64,000 nucleotides of DNA from Bacillota bacterium (GTDB taxonomy: Bacteria; Bacillota; Bacilli; ZCTH02-B2): positions 2,336-66,335 of the forward strand of contig PKQY02000005.1 in NCBI GenBank assembly GCA_017577895.2. Reading direction: 5' to 3'. The notes below the pieces were generated by a model that worked only from the letters and a program-made list of their open reading frames with translations, was not told the DNA's origin and ran no database searches. Both the position numbers and the translations under genes were made by a program. Positions 20,690-31,273 of the stretch are shown here, one piece after another (positions within the stretch are counted from its first letter, which is position 1; the number at the start of each line of letters is the position of its first letter).

Positions 20690-21814
20690 ATCATCACCGC
20701 AGCCAAAACCAACCCGTTAGTAGGCGTGTTTGTCGTCAGCTCCACCGTTGTCGGCTTGCACCGCCACGGCCAACGCATGAACGGGTATTTCCGGTTTTAT
20801 GAATTGGCCCGCGCCAGTGAAATGACCGGTGTACCGCTCTATTTTTTTTCGCCCCGGGACGTCCATTTGCGCAAGCGCCAAGTGCTGGGCACGTATTACA
20901 ACCACGCGCGCATGCGGTGGGAACGGAAACGGTTTCCGTTGCCGGACATCCTGTACGACCGGTGCGCATCCACCAGTCCCCGGGCCAAAACCATCCGCCG
21001 CCGGTTTACCCAATGGGGGATCATTCCCCTCAACGCGCAACACCACTTCGACAAATGGGACGTTTATCTGAAACTGTTGAACGACGCACAAATCTGGCCT
21101 TACTTGCCACGGACCATCCTCTATCGCCGGCCGGAGGACCTGCTGGCTTTTCTCCTGCGCTATCAGCAAGTGTATGTCAAGGCCGTCGACAAAAGCCGCA
21201 GCCGAAAAGTGTTACGTTTGGCCGTTTTGCCCGACGGCGGTTACGAGTACAGCTTTTTTCACAAAGCCGTCGTCGTCGGCACCCGTGCCCGCTTTCACGA
21301 CGTGTATAAGATTATCCGGGCGCTGTTCAAATCAGAAAGGAAAGTCATAATCCAAAAAGCCATCCCCCTCATCCGCCTATCCGATCACACCGTCGATTTC
21401 CGCGCCGAAGTACAACGAAACGGCCAGGGACAACTGGACATCGTCGGTATTTGCGCCCGCATCGGCCAGGCCCGTTCTCCCATCACCATCCATGCCGACG
21501 CCTTGCCCTTCGAGCAGTTTTGGCAGCTAAAAGGGCTCACCCCATTGCAAATTCGGCGACTGCGGGCGGATGTGCAACAATTTTTGCTCACCATTTACCG
21601 GGCCATCGAATCCAACTACGGCCCGTTTGGGGAGCTGGGGATTGACTTCGGCATCGACGAAGATGAAAACATTTGGTTCATCGAATGCAACGCCAAATCG
21701 GCCAAAGTGTCCCTCTACAAAGCGTACGACGAAGACACCGTCCGCCGGGCCTTCATCAACCCGTTGGAATATGCCCGGTACTTGTATCACAATCGGCAAG
21801 CCGCCGTCCCATGA
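20690..21814 (+). CDS. yheC: YheC/YheD-family ATP-grasp protein (YheC-like, short form); start codon uncertain
   Basis: GELGIDFGIDEDENIWFIECNAKS ATP-grasp end. The strong SD AAGGAGGGAGG (20679-20689) is followed in frame by ATC ATC; the first canonical start (GTG) is at 20726. Confidence 0.75.
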   Translation: MITAAKTNPLVGVFVVSSTVVGLHRHGQRMNGYFRFYELARASEMTGVPLYFFSPRDVHLRKRQVLGTYYNHARMRWERKRFPLPDILYDRCASTSPRAKTIRRRFTQWGIIPLNAQHHFDKWDVYLKLLNDAQIWPYLPRTILYRRPEDLLAFLLRYQQVYVKAVDKSRSRKVLRLAVLPDGGYEYSFFHKAVVVGTRARFHDVYKIIRALFKSERKVIIQKAIPLIRLSDHTVDFRAEVQRNGQGQLDIVGICARIGQARSPITIHADALPFEQFWQLKGLTPLQIRRLRADVQQFLLTIYRAIESNYGPFGELGIDFGIDEDENIWFIECNAKSAKVSLYKAYDEDTVRRAFINPLEYARYLYHNRQAAVP

Positions 21815-21819
21815 AACAA

Positions 21820-21844
21820 CGCCGTGTCCACGCAAGACACGGCG
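21820..21844. terminator. Hairpin between convergent genes (no clear U-tract)
   Basis: GCCGTGTC-cacgcaa-GACACGGC. Confidence 0.35.
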
Positions 21845-21853
21845 TCGATGTGG

Positions 21854-22981
21854 TTATGCTCCATCCGACGGAAACGGTTGGCGGACCCGTCGTGATGGGG
21901 TATTTTCTTGTTGCGTTTCCACATACAATGTCCGGCTGGGGAAAGCCAGTTCGACCCCTTCTTCTTCCAAGATCTCCAAAATTTTAAAGTTGCAGTCTTC
22001 CCGCACCTGCAAGTATTCGCTCCAGATCGTCGTTTTCGTGAAAAAGTACACGAATAGATCGAGGCTGCTTTCGCCGAACTGTTCAAAATAAACGAGAATC
22101 GTTTCCGGGTGAACGTCGGGATGTTGTTGCAGCATCTCCCGAATGCGTTGGACGACCCGTTGAATTTTTTCTCTCGGCGTGAAATAACTGAGGCCGAGAT
22201 GGAACGTGACGCGCCGTTTGCCCATCTTGCTCCAGTTTTTGATGGCTTCGTTGGCCAAGATGGAATTGGGCACCGTCACCAGCGCCTGATCGAAGGTGCG
22301 AATCAACGTGCTGCGAAACGTGATCCCTTCCACCGTCCCTTCCACGGTGGGCGTCTGAATCCAGTCGCCGATGGTGAAATGTTTTTCAGTGATGATGGCC
22401 AGACCGCCGAACAAATTGGCCAATAAGTCTTTGGCCGCCAGCGACACGGCCAACCCGCCGAGCCCCAAGCCGGCGATGAACCCTTCAATCCGATACCCCC
22501 ACTCTTGGGCCAAAACGGTAAAGGTCAAAACGACAATGAACACCCGCAACGCTCGGGACAAAAACGGAATAAAAATGCGATCCACGTGCACGTCGAACCG
22601 TTGGCCGAGGCGAACCATCCAGGAGGAAGAAGTGCTGGTAAAATGGAACAGTCCCCAGGCAGCCAACACGATGAGGGCCGAGCGGAACAGTTTGTCAAGC
22701 CACGTTTCCCAACCAGGAACGGACAACACCTTTAACCCCAAATACAGCCCCAACACGATCCAAAACGTCCATAGCGGCCGCTCATACGCCTGCAACAGCG
22801 AATGAATCCACTCCGCTTTTGTATTTCCCAGCCATTTCAACAGCCGGTTGAACACCAAGCGGGTGAAAACCTTGCGCACGAATAAAAAGAACAGAAAGAT
22901 AAGTACCGACATCAACGGCTTGCTCCATATGCCCAAATAAACGGCCTGGATCACCAGCCATTCATTCAACCAGGTCATCAT
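21854..22981 (-). CDS. Mechanosensitive ion channel (MscS family)
   Basis: Multi-TM N-terminus followed by the ...FTIGDWIQTPTVEGTVEGITFRSTLIRTFDQALVTVPNS MscS beta-domain signature. Confidence 0.88.
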   Translation of the reverse strand: MMTWLNEWLVIQAVYLGIWSKPLMSVLIFLFFLFVRKVFTRLVFNRLLKWLGNTKAEWIHSLLQAYERPLWTFWIVLGLYLGLKVLSVPGWETWLDKLFRSALIVLAAWGLFHFTSTSSSWMVRLGQRFDVHVDRIFIPFLSRALRVFIVVLTFTVLAQEWGYRIEGFIAGLGLGGLAVSLAAKDLLANLFGGLAIITEKHFTIGDWIQTPTVEGTVEGITFRSTLIRTFDQALVTVPNSILANEAIKNWSKMGKRRVTFHLGLSYFTPREKIQRVVQRIREMLQQHPDVHPETILVYFEQFGESSLDLFVYFFTKTTIWSEYLQVREDCNFKILEILEEEGVELAFPSRTLYVETQQENTPSRRVRQPFPSDGA

Positions 22982-23056
22982 CGGCGGTTTCCTTTCCGAC
23001 CGGATTTTTGTGACAAGGATTTGCGCGGCTATTATTTTATCAAAAGCAAGCTCCGA

Positions 23057-24901
23057 TTAGAACGCATGTTGTGTCGTATACAGTTTTTGGTAACGCCCGC
23101 CGCGGGCCATCAATTCTTGATGGGTGCCGGATTCAACAATGCGTCCATGCTCCAAGACGAGAATTTGATCCGCATGCCGGATGGTGGACAAACGGTGGGC
23201 GACGATGATCGTGGTCCGCCTGGTGGAAATGCGTTCCAACGCCGCCTGTATGGCCCGTTCCGACGCCGTGTCGATGTGGGCCGTCGCTTCATCCAAAATC
23301 AAGATGGGCGGATTCTCGACGAGCGCCCGGGCAAAAGCCAACAGTTGGCGTTGCCCCATGGAGAGGGTCACTCCCCGCTCGCCGATGGGCGTCTCCAACC
23401 CTTCCGGCAATCGGTGGATGAGCGGCTCGAGACCGGCCAGGCGAACGACCTGTTGCAATTGTGCCTCGTCGACGTCTCTCCGTAAGACGATATTGTCACG
23501 GATGGTGCCGGCAAACAAAAACACCTCTTGCGGCACCAAACCGATGGCGCTGCGCAGCTGTTGCAGCGGGATGTGCCGGATGTCGGTGCCGTCGAGAAGC
23601 ACCGCCCCTTTTTGCCATTCATAATACCGCAACAGCAGCCGGGTAATGGACGACTTGCCGGCTCCCGTCTCCCCTACCAGTGCGATGGTTTGTCCGGGCC
23701 GAATGTGGAAGTGAATGTCTTTCAGCACCCAGTTTTCGCCCTCATAGGCAAACCACACGTGTTCGAAGCGAATGTCACCCTGGACGGTTTTTGAACCGCC
23801 CGCATGTTTTGCACCTTTTGATTCACCCGCATGTTTTGCGCCGTCGGATAGGGGCCGATCGTCTGATGACACCGTTGTCCGCACCGCCGGCACCGCTGCC
23901 TCGGTCGACTCTTGGAAAAAGTCGTACAGCCGCTCCGCCGAAGCCAGGGCGCTTTGAATTTCCGTAAACCGATCGGCCAATGAAGCCAAAGGGCGGAAAA
24001 ATTGGCGCACATACTGGGTAAACGCAAAGACGACGCCGAAACTGACGCTCCCGTCCAACGCCGTCACGCCGCCGCGCCACACCAAGAGTGCCAGCGCCAA
24101 ATTGCCGACGAACATGATGAGCGGTTGGAACACCGAGTTGACCGTAACTACCCGCTTCCCCGCCCGGTAATACGCTTCGTTGACTTCTTCAAAGGCGGCC
24201 TGTTGCTGCTTTTCCCGGCCAAACGCTTGGATGACTTGCATCCCCGACAAATATTCCGCCAAGCTGGCGTTGAGCCGGGACAGCCAGTAGCGCTGCCAAC
24301 GCCGGGCTTCCCGCACCAGCCGCCGATACCCTTCGGTCAGCAGCAACAAGACGGGAATAAGGGCCAGACAGACCATTGTCAAGCGGGGGCTCATGTGCCA
24401 CATGACGGCCAAAATGCCCGCCAACAGCAACAGTTCTTTGACCAAGTTGACGATGACTTGCGCAAACAACTGGTGCAGCGTCTCGGTGTCGTTGCACACC
24501 CGGGTCACCACGCTGCCCGAGGAATGTCGGTCGAAAAAGGCCATGGGCAAGCGGGTGAGATGGGAAAAGACGTCCTGGCGCAACTGATAAATAATCCGTT
24601 GCCCGGTCACCTGCAACAAATAATGTTGTCCATACTGCAACAACGCGCCGGCCCCGACGAGAGCAAAAAAGAGCGCGCCGAGCCCCAACAGCCCGCCGCT
24701 GTCGGGTTCAGGCACCAACAAATAATTGTCGATGGCCACTTTGACGAGATACGGGCGGGCCACATCCGTCCCCATCAACAACAGCGACAACAACAACGCC
24801 AAACCCATGGCCGGCCAAAAGGGGCGGGCATAGCCCAGCAGCCAGCGGAACAGGCGGCGGTCGGCGACGTCTGGCCGGCCCGATGTCGGTGCTTGTTTCA
24901 T
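23057..24901 (-). CDS. ABC transporter permease/ATP-binding fusion (heterodimeric exporter subunit, YheH/YheI-like)
   Basis: Six-TM domain plus NBD (GETGAGKSS, LSMGQRQLLAFARAL, ILILDEAT). The start overlaps the upstream partner's stop. Confidence 0.92.
   Translation of the reverse strand: MKQAPTSGRPDVADRRLFRWLLGYARPFWPAMGLALLLSLLLMGTDVARPYLVKVAIDNYLLVPEPDSGGLLGLGALFFALVGAGALLQYGQHYLLQVTGQRIIYQLRQDVFSHLTRLPMAFFDRHSSGSVVTRVCNDTETLHQLFAQVIVNLVKELLLLAGILAVMWHMSPRLTMVCLALIPVLLLLTEGYRRLVREARRWQRYWLSRLNASLAEYLSGMQVIQAFGREKQQQAAFEEVNEAYYRAGKRVVTVNSVFQPLIMFVGNLALALLVWRGGVTALDGSVSFGVVFAFTQYVRQFFRPLASLADRFTEIQSALASAERLYDFFQESTEAAVPAVRTTVSSDDRPLSDGAKHAGESKGAKHAGGSKTVQGDIRFEHVWFAYEGENWVLKDIHFHIRPGQTIALVGETGAGKSSITRLLLRYYEWQKGAVLLDGTDIRHIPLQQLRSAIGLVPQEVFLFAGTIRDNIVLRRDVDEAQLQQVVRLAGLEPLIHRLPEGLETPIGERGVTLSMGQRQLLAFARALVENPPILILDEATAHIDTASERAIQAALERISTRRTTIIVAHRLSTIRHADQILVLEHGRIVESGTHQELMARGGRYQKLYTTQHAF
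23799..23852. repeat. Imperfect 27-bp tandem duplication inside the ABC transporter TMD-NBD linker
   Basis: CCCGCATGTTTTGC occurs twice, 27 bp apart, encoding GAKHAGESK/GAKHAGGSK. Confidence 0.7.
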
Positions 24902-26679
24902 CGGCTCTCCACCCCTGTGCGGTCATCCGCTTGCATTTGTTGGACCGCCAAGCGGGCGTACAGTTTTCCCGCCTGCATCAATTGCTCATGGGTACCCTGT
25001 TCCACAATTCGTCCGTCATCTAACACAATAATCTGATCTGCATGTTGGACCGACGCCACCCGGTGGCTGACGATAATCGTCGTCCTTCCTTGGGCATATT
25101 GGCGCAAATCGGCCAATATGCGGCTTTCGGTGTCGGCATCCACCGCCGAAAAGCTGTCGTCTAAAATGATCATCGGGGCATCTTTCAACAGCGCCCGGGC
25201 GATGGCCACCCGTTGCCGCTGTCCCCCGGAGAGTCGGATACCCCGTTCTCCCAATTCCGTGTCGTATTTCCGGGGAAATTGCATGATGTTTCCATGAATG
25301 TGAGCCCGGGCCGCCGCTTGTTGAATTTCGCCTTCCGGATGGGCCACGGGATGAAAATCGATGTTGTCCCGGATGGGCGAAGAAAACAAGAAACTGTCCT
25401 GCGGTACATACCCGATGTTCCGCCGCAAATCCTCCAAAGCAATCCGCTCAATGGGAACCCCATCGATCCAGATGGTGCCCGGCGGCGGATCGAACAGGCG
25501 CAACAACAGTTGCACCAACGTCGTTTTGCCGCTGCCCACCTTGCCGATAATCCCTAACATGCTACCCGCCGGGATGTCCAAACTGACGTCCCGCAACGCC
25601 GGACGCCGGGCCCCCGGATACGTAAACGTCAGATTCCGCACCGCCACATGCCCCTTCATGGCCGGCAAGGACACGCAATCGTCGCGGTCCCGGATGGACG
25701 GCTCCAAGCTGAGAATGCCGCCAATGCGCTCTTCGGCGGCTTTCGCCCGTTGAAACAAATTGATGACCCGTCCCAAACTTTCAATCGGGAAAATGAGTTG
25801 TCCCAAGTACGTGTAAAAGGCGATGAACTGGCCCAACGTGATCCACCCTTGCATGGCCAGCCAGCCGCCGTACGTCAGGGCGATGAGAAAACTCATCCCG
25901 ATAATGAAACTGCTGGCGGCTAAAAACAAGGCATTCGTCTGGAACAGCTGCCGGTTGGCCTCCATGTTGGCCCGGTTGACGGCCGCAAACCGTTCCCTTT
26001 CCGCCGCTTCTTGCACGAACCCTTTGATGACGTGGATGCCGGCGGCAAACTGCTGCACTTGGACGTTCAAGTCGCCAAAGGCCTCCTGCACCTGGTGGGA
26101 TTGCCGTTGGGTACGTCGGCGGAAGACATAAGCCGTCACGGTCAAAAAAGGCAAGGGCACGAAGGCGGCCACCGTGAGCCACGGGTGCACCGTCGTCGCC
26201 ATCAAGTACAGCGACAGCCCCACCAAAAATACCGTTTCCACGAACATGATGAGGCCGTGGTTCAATTTTTCCCGCGCCAAATTAATGTCGTTGGTGGCGT
26301 GGGCCATCAAATCGCCGATGCGCCGACGTTGGTAATACTCAGTCGGCAACCGCAGCCATTGGGCAAACAGGCGGCTGCGGATGTTCCGATCATAGGCCCT
26401 TCCCGAGTGAAACAACACGATGCGGGCGCCGATTCGCGCCGCCGCCATGATGAGGGCCACCAGCAACACCCCGCCGCCGTAAACCATCGCCCCTTCCGTC
26501 GTCAACGTGCCGGCTGCGTACGTGTCGGCAAATGCTTGCAACAGTTGAGGAATGAACAGTTGTGCCGACACTGCTGCAAGCAGCAATGCAAAGCCGACGG
26601 CATATCGGAAAGGATGTCGCCGCAAATGCTCGCCCATCAGTCGAAAGCGCGTGCCCTCCCGGCTTCTCCCCATGGCCAT
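24898..26679 (-). CDS. ABC transporter permease/ATP-binding fusion (second exporter subunit)
   Basis: GKVGSGKTT, LSGGQRQRVAIARAL and IILDDSFS motifs. Probable start at ATG 26679 or 26673 after AGGAG; the track ORF is extended to 26802. Confidence 0.9.
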   Translation of the reverse strand: MAMGRSREGTRFRLMGEHLRRHPFRYAVGFALLLAAVSAQLFIPQLLQAFADTYAAGTLTTEGAMVYGGGVLLVALIMAAARIGARIVLFHSGRAYDRNIRSRLFAQWLRLPTEYYQRRRIGDLMAHATNDINLAREKLNHGLIMFVETVFLVGLSLYLMATTVHPWLTVAAFVPLPFLTVTAYVFRRRTQRQSHQVQEAFGDLNVQVQQFAAGIHVIKGFVQEAAERERFAAVNRANMEANRQLFQTNALFLAASSFIIGMSFLIALTYGGWLAMQGWITLGQFIAFYTYLGQLIFPIESLGRVINLFQRAKAAEERIGGILSLEPSIRDRDDCVSLPAMKGHVAVRNLTFTYPGARRPALRDVSLDIPAGSMLGIIGKVGSGKTTLVQLLLRLFDPPPGTIWIDGVPIERIALEDLRRNIGYVPQDSFLFSSPIRDNIDFHPVAHPEGEIQQAAARAHIHGNIMQFPRKYDTELGERGIRLSGGQRQRVAIARALLKDAPMIILDDSFSAVDADTESRILADLRQYAQGRTTIIVSHRVASVQHADQIIVLDDGRIVEQGTHEQLMQAGKLYARLAVQQMQADDRTGVESR

Positions 26680-26899
26680 CTCACTCCTGTCAGCACTTCC
26701 CTGCAAACGTATCCATACCATCTTATCAAAAGTAAACTTTTCTCGTCCCCATTGAAAACCCGTGAAAAAGAGAAATCCCTTGTTGGATGCCCTTACCAAC
26801 AAGGGAACGTTTGTCAGTCATGTTCTTGCCGAAATCTCACCAAAACACTGCGGCCGGCGGACGGCGGAATTTCACAACCGGTCCCATGGCGATGACCCG

Positions 26900-27202
26900 T
26901 CAGTGAGTGGTTGGTGCTTCCTCGTCTGTATAAAAGCGAATGCGATATTGCTTCAAATAAGGCAAACATTTGCCGCAATGGGTCAACTGAAAATCTTTGC
27001 GTTGCATAAAGGCTTGAAATTCTTTTTGTGACGTCCAGACCGAGCGGATGCAAATTTGTTCGCAGTCAGCCGTGGCCCCTCGCACAAACACTTCGTAATC
27101 AAGCATGCCCGGAACGGCGGTCGGCCGCTGCGCCTGCAACCGGTTGCAAACGTGCTCTCCGTACCCCTGCCGCACGTTCAGTTCATTTTCAAACACGAAC
27201 AT
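26900..27202 (-). CDS. Small ABM-like (antibiotic biosynthesis monooxygenase fold) protein, tentative
   Basis: 100 aa. The N-terminal FVFENELNVRQGYGE...IRSVWTSQKEFQAF pattern resembles ABM domains; the similarity is weak. Confidence 0.45.
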   Translation of the reverse strand: MFVFENELNVRQGYGEHVCNRLQAQRPTAVPGMLDYEVFVRGATADCEQICIRSVWTSQKEFQAFMQRKDFQLTHCGKCLPYLKQYRIRFYTDEEAPTTH

Positions 27203-27288
27203 GTCCGTCCCACCTTATCAAAAATGCCGGTAATGCCTGACCTACGCCCCATCGGAATCCGTTCAAGAATGATTTTCACCTTCATTTA

Positions 27289-28605
27289 TTAATGATAATC
27301 ATTCTCACGAAATGTTGTCAAGAAAAAACGCCGACCGTTCTCCAACAACAGCGACAGCAAGATGCCCATCAACAGGCCGTTGCTGACCAGAGGCCGAATC
27401 CACGACGGAAACGACGCAAAAGCTTCTGCCGGCAACGTCATGATGACGATGCCCGCAAACAGCGGAATGGCAATACGATAAATGTTGGTCGCATCCCATG
27501 GCAACTGCCGGAAAAAATCCAAAGCCGACAACACGAGGGGCAAATAGGCCACAAACAACACGGCACTGCCGACACTCAACGGCAAATGGAGAAACAGGCG
27601 CCCAAACCACGGGATGAGCCCCATGGCGGTAAACATGAGGCTACCCAGCACAAACGGCCGCCGGTGCAACACTCCGGTTTGGCGCAAAAATCCGATGGTG
27701 GACACGTACGGCGCATACGGCACGAGGCCCAACATGCCCGAAAGCACGTTCACCGCGCCGGTGACGGCAAAGGAACGGCGGTACTGAGACTTGGTCGTCG
27801 GCTGTCCATACAACGGTTCCGTTCCTTTTAACGCGCCGAACGTATTGGCCATGTTCAACAATCCGGCCATCACGGCGGTCAAGATGATGCCGACATCCCA
27901 AGCGGGGGGACCAAATGGAAACCAGTATATTTGAAAAGCGGAAAGTTCGCCGGCCGGCTCGCTCGGAAACAACAGCGCATACACGGGCCAACCGACGGCG
28001 ATGCCGAACAACAGCCCGTACCGCCGCCACGCCGGGGGGGCTTTGAAGGAAAAAACGAGCACCGCCACCACGACGCCGATGGAACAGAGCGCCACCGGCA
28101 GTTGAATCGCCGCTGGTGTTTCTGTCATGCCAAAAGGAATCCCCATCATGCCTTTGAGAAAGATGCCGGATAACTGACATCCCAGCAAAAACGTAAACAC
28201 GCCCATCACGGCCGGATTGAACAGGCGCGCCAGCCGTTCGCCGAGACCGCTGAGCCCAATGAGCGCCAACAGCAAGCCGGAGGCCATCACCCCGACCGCC
28301 AGACTGCCTCCGGCCGTCGCCGCCGGCACCCCTTGCGCCGCTGCCGAGATAAACAGGGCCAACACGACGCCCCACCACAAACCCGACTGCCCTTCCATGA
28401 TGGCCCGGCCGTGCCCGAACACCGCCTGGGCCACACAAGCCAACCCAGTGACCACGAAGGATAGCTGGAGCAGGGCCAACGTTTTCTCCTGTTCCAAACC
28501 GAAGGCGGCTCCTACGGTAATGGGAATGACGACGATGTTCGTAAACTGAAACAACAGCCATTGAAGGCCGGCCAGCGAGTCGGCCGGCACCCACCGTCCA
28601 CCCAT
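27289..28605 (-). CDS. Nucleobase (xanthine/uracil/purine) permease family transporter (NCS2-like)
   Basis: About 438 aa, polytopic and Gly/Ala-rich in its TM segments, with an overall NCS2-like pattern. The ATG at 28605 after AGGAG is preferred over the GTG at 28617. Confidence 0.75.
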   Translation of the reverse strand: MGGRWVPADSLAGLQWLLFQFTNIVVIPITVGAAFGLEQEKTLALLQLSFVVTGLACVAQAVFGHGRAIMEGQSGLWWGVVLALFISAAAQGVPAATAGGSLAVGVMASGLLLALIGLSGLGERLARLFNPAVMGVFTFLLGCQLSGIFLKGMMGIPFGMTETPAAIQLPVALCSIGVVVAVLVFSFKAPPAWRRYGLLFGIAVGWPVYALLFPSEPAGELSAFQIYWFPFGPPAWDVGIILTAVMAGLLNMANTFGALKGTEPLYGQPTTKSQYRRSFAVTGAVNVLSGMLGLVPYAPYVSTIGFLRQTGVLHRRPFVLGSLMFTAMGLIPWFGRLFLHLPLSVGSAVLFVAYLPLVLSALDFFRQLPWDATNIYRIAIPLFAGIVIMTLPAEAFASFPSWIRPLVSNGLLMGILLSLLLENGRRFFLTTFRENDYH

Positions 28606-28678
28606 GGCGTCCGTCACTCCTATACTGACGATACTTCAATATCATCGATATCATCGAAATGATTCGACATCTCGGCCG

Positions 28679-28699
28679 AAAATCCCCCAAAACGGGGAT
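28679..28699 (-). terminator. Short intrinsic terminator after menE
   Basis: Minus strand ATCCCC-gttttg-GGGGAT followed by TTTCGG (short U-tract). Confidence 0.5.
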
Positions 28700-28731
28700 G
28701 CCCGACGCTCGAACATGCATCGACGCTCGGC

Positions 28732-30360
28732 TTAGATTTCAATTTCCGATTCATCCTTCGGCAACCACCGACGCAGTTCGCGCCGCATCAGCTTTCCGGA
28801 CGCGTTATACGGCAACGCTGGCACGGCGTAAATGCGGACCGGCACTTTGTACGCCGCCAACTGTTTCCGGCAATGCTGTTTCAATGCTTCTTCATCCCAC
28901 GTCTCGCCGTCTTTAACGCGAATGAAAGCGACGGGCACCTGTCCCCAACGGGGATCGGCTCGGCCAATGACGCCCGCTTCCGCCACTGACGGGTGAGACA
29001 AGAGCACCGCTTCCACTTCAGCCGGGTAGACGTTTTCGCCGCCGGAAATGATCAAGTCTTTCCGCCGGTCCAACACGTACAAAAATCCTTCGTCATCGAG
29101 ATAGCCCAAATCGCCGGTATGGAGCCACCCGTCCCGGATGGCGCGGGCCGTTTCCTCCGGCCGGTTGAAATACCCGGCCGTCACATTGGGACCGCGGATC
29201 ACGATCTCGCCCACCGCCGTCGCCGCCCCGGACGGCACCCGCTCTTTCCCGTCCGCTGCTCCGGTCTCGTCGGCCAGCGGCACAATGCGCAACTCGACCG
29301 GGAACAAGGGTTTTCCGGCCGAACCGAGCTTGCGCAACGCTTCGTGGGGCGGCAAGGTAACCACTTGCGAGGCCGTTTCGGTCATACCGTACGTCTGCAC
29401 CACCGGAATTCCCCGCTCGGCACACGCCTCCAACAGCGGCCGCGGGGCCGGGCCGCCGCCCAGCAAGACGCACCGCAAGTGCTCCGGATAAGGCCGGTCG
29501 CCCTGGGCATCCAACATCCGCTGCAACATGTTGGCGACCACTGAAATGATCGTCACCCGTTCTTGTTCGATGAGCCGGTTGACCGCTGCCGGGTCAAAAC
29601 CGGGCATGAGCACCACCGGAATGCCCAAAATGACGCTGCGCATCAGGATGGACAAGCCGCTGACGTGAAACAGCGGAACACAGGCCAGCCACCGATCGTC
29701 GGGCAAATTACCGAGATTCAGCGCCGAGCCGATGGCGCTCCACCAATGGTTGCCGTACGTGAGCATGGCACCCTTCGGATGGCCGGTGGTACCGGACGTA
29801 TAGATGATGCAATGGACATCGTTCCGATCCAGATAGGGCAAGGCGATTGGTGACGTCGCCGGCGATTCGTCCACATCTTCCCCGCCGCCGGACTGGCCTG
29901 CCCCCTGCGGGGGAGTGCCTTCCCGCCGGTTCGCCGGTTCACCGGCCGGTGGCGTTGCCAAGGGCAATTCTTCCAACGCCCGGGCAGGCACCGCCACTTC
30001 TTCCAACACTTCGGCCGCTTTCACTTCATGCGCTTGATCATAAAGAAACAGGTGCGGTTGGACGTCCCGCACCTGCCACGCCAGCTCATGCGCCGTCAGC
30101 CGGATGTTCAACGGAACGAGGACGGCCCCCCGTTTCATCAAGGCATGGATGAGGACGACCAAGCGGGGGTTGTTTTGCGCCAACACCGCCACCCGCATGC
30201 CCCGCTCCACGCCCCAATCAGCCAGCAAGGCGGCACCCTGCAGGGCCAGCGCTTCCAAGTCGGCAAAGGTCCAGCGCACCCCATCGGCGATCAAGGCCAA
30301 CTTTTCCGGGGCCAGATGGGCCTGGCGCGCCAGCCAGTTGGGCATGCGGCTCACTTCCAC
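28732..30360 (-). CDS. menE: o-Succinylbenzoate-CoA ligase
   Basis: AMP-binding motifs IIYTSGTTGHPKGA, YGMTE, TGDLGYLDEEGF and the C-terminal YKVP...GKLMRREL; last gene of the men cluster. SD AAAGGAGGGA + GTG at 30360. Confidence 0.88.
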   Translation of the reverse strand: MEVSRMPNWLARQAHLAPEKLALIADGVRWTFADLEALALQGAALLADWGVERGMRVAVLAQNNPRLVVLIHALMKRGAVLVPLNIRLTAHELAWQVRDVQPHLFLYDQAHEVKAAEVLEEVAVPARALEELPLATPPAGEPANRREGTPPQGAGQSGGGEDVDESPATSPIALPYLDRNDVHCIIYTSGTTGHPKGAMLTYGNHWWSAIGSALNLGNLPDDRWLACVPLFHVSGLSILMRSVILGIPVVLMPGFDPAAVNRLIEQERVTIISVVANMLQRMLDAQGDRPYPEHLRCVLLGGGPAPRPLLEACAERGIPVVQTYGMTETASQVVTLPPHEALRKLGSAGKPLFPVELRIVPLADETGAADGKERVPSGAATAVGEIVIRGPNVTAGYFNRPEETARAIRDGWLHTGDLGYLDDEGFLYVLDRRKDLIISGGENVYPAEVEAVLLSHPSVAEAGVIGRADPRWGQVPVAFIRVKDGETWDEEALKQHCRKQLAAYKVPVRIYAVPALPYNASGKLMRRELRRWLPKDESEIEI

Positions 30361-30410
30361 GTTCCGTCCCTCCTTTCACGGCTTCCGTTCCCCAACCCTC
30401 ACGCCAAACA

Positions 30411-31256
<846 letters not shown>

Positions 31257-31273
31257 AATTCACTAACGTCCCT

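Noticed and set aside
27641-28720. 359-aa minus-strand ORF overlapping the nucleobase permease in another frame; likewise 40711-41601 inside the SSS gene and 62121-63391 antisense to the ABC ATPase/OsmC genes
   Set aside because: These are Arg/Gly-rich alternative frames of genes whose primary frames encode coherent polytopic or ABC proteins.
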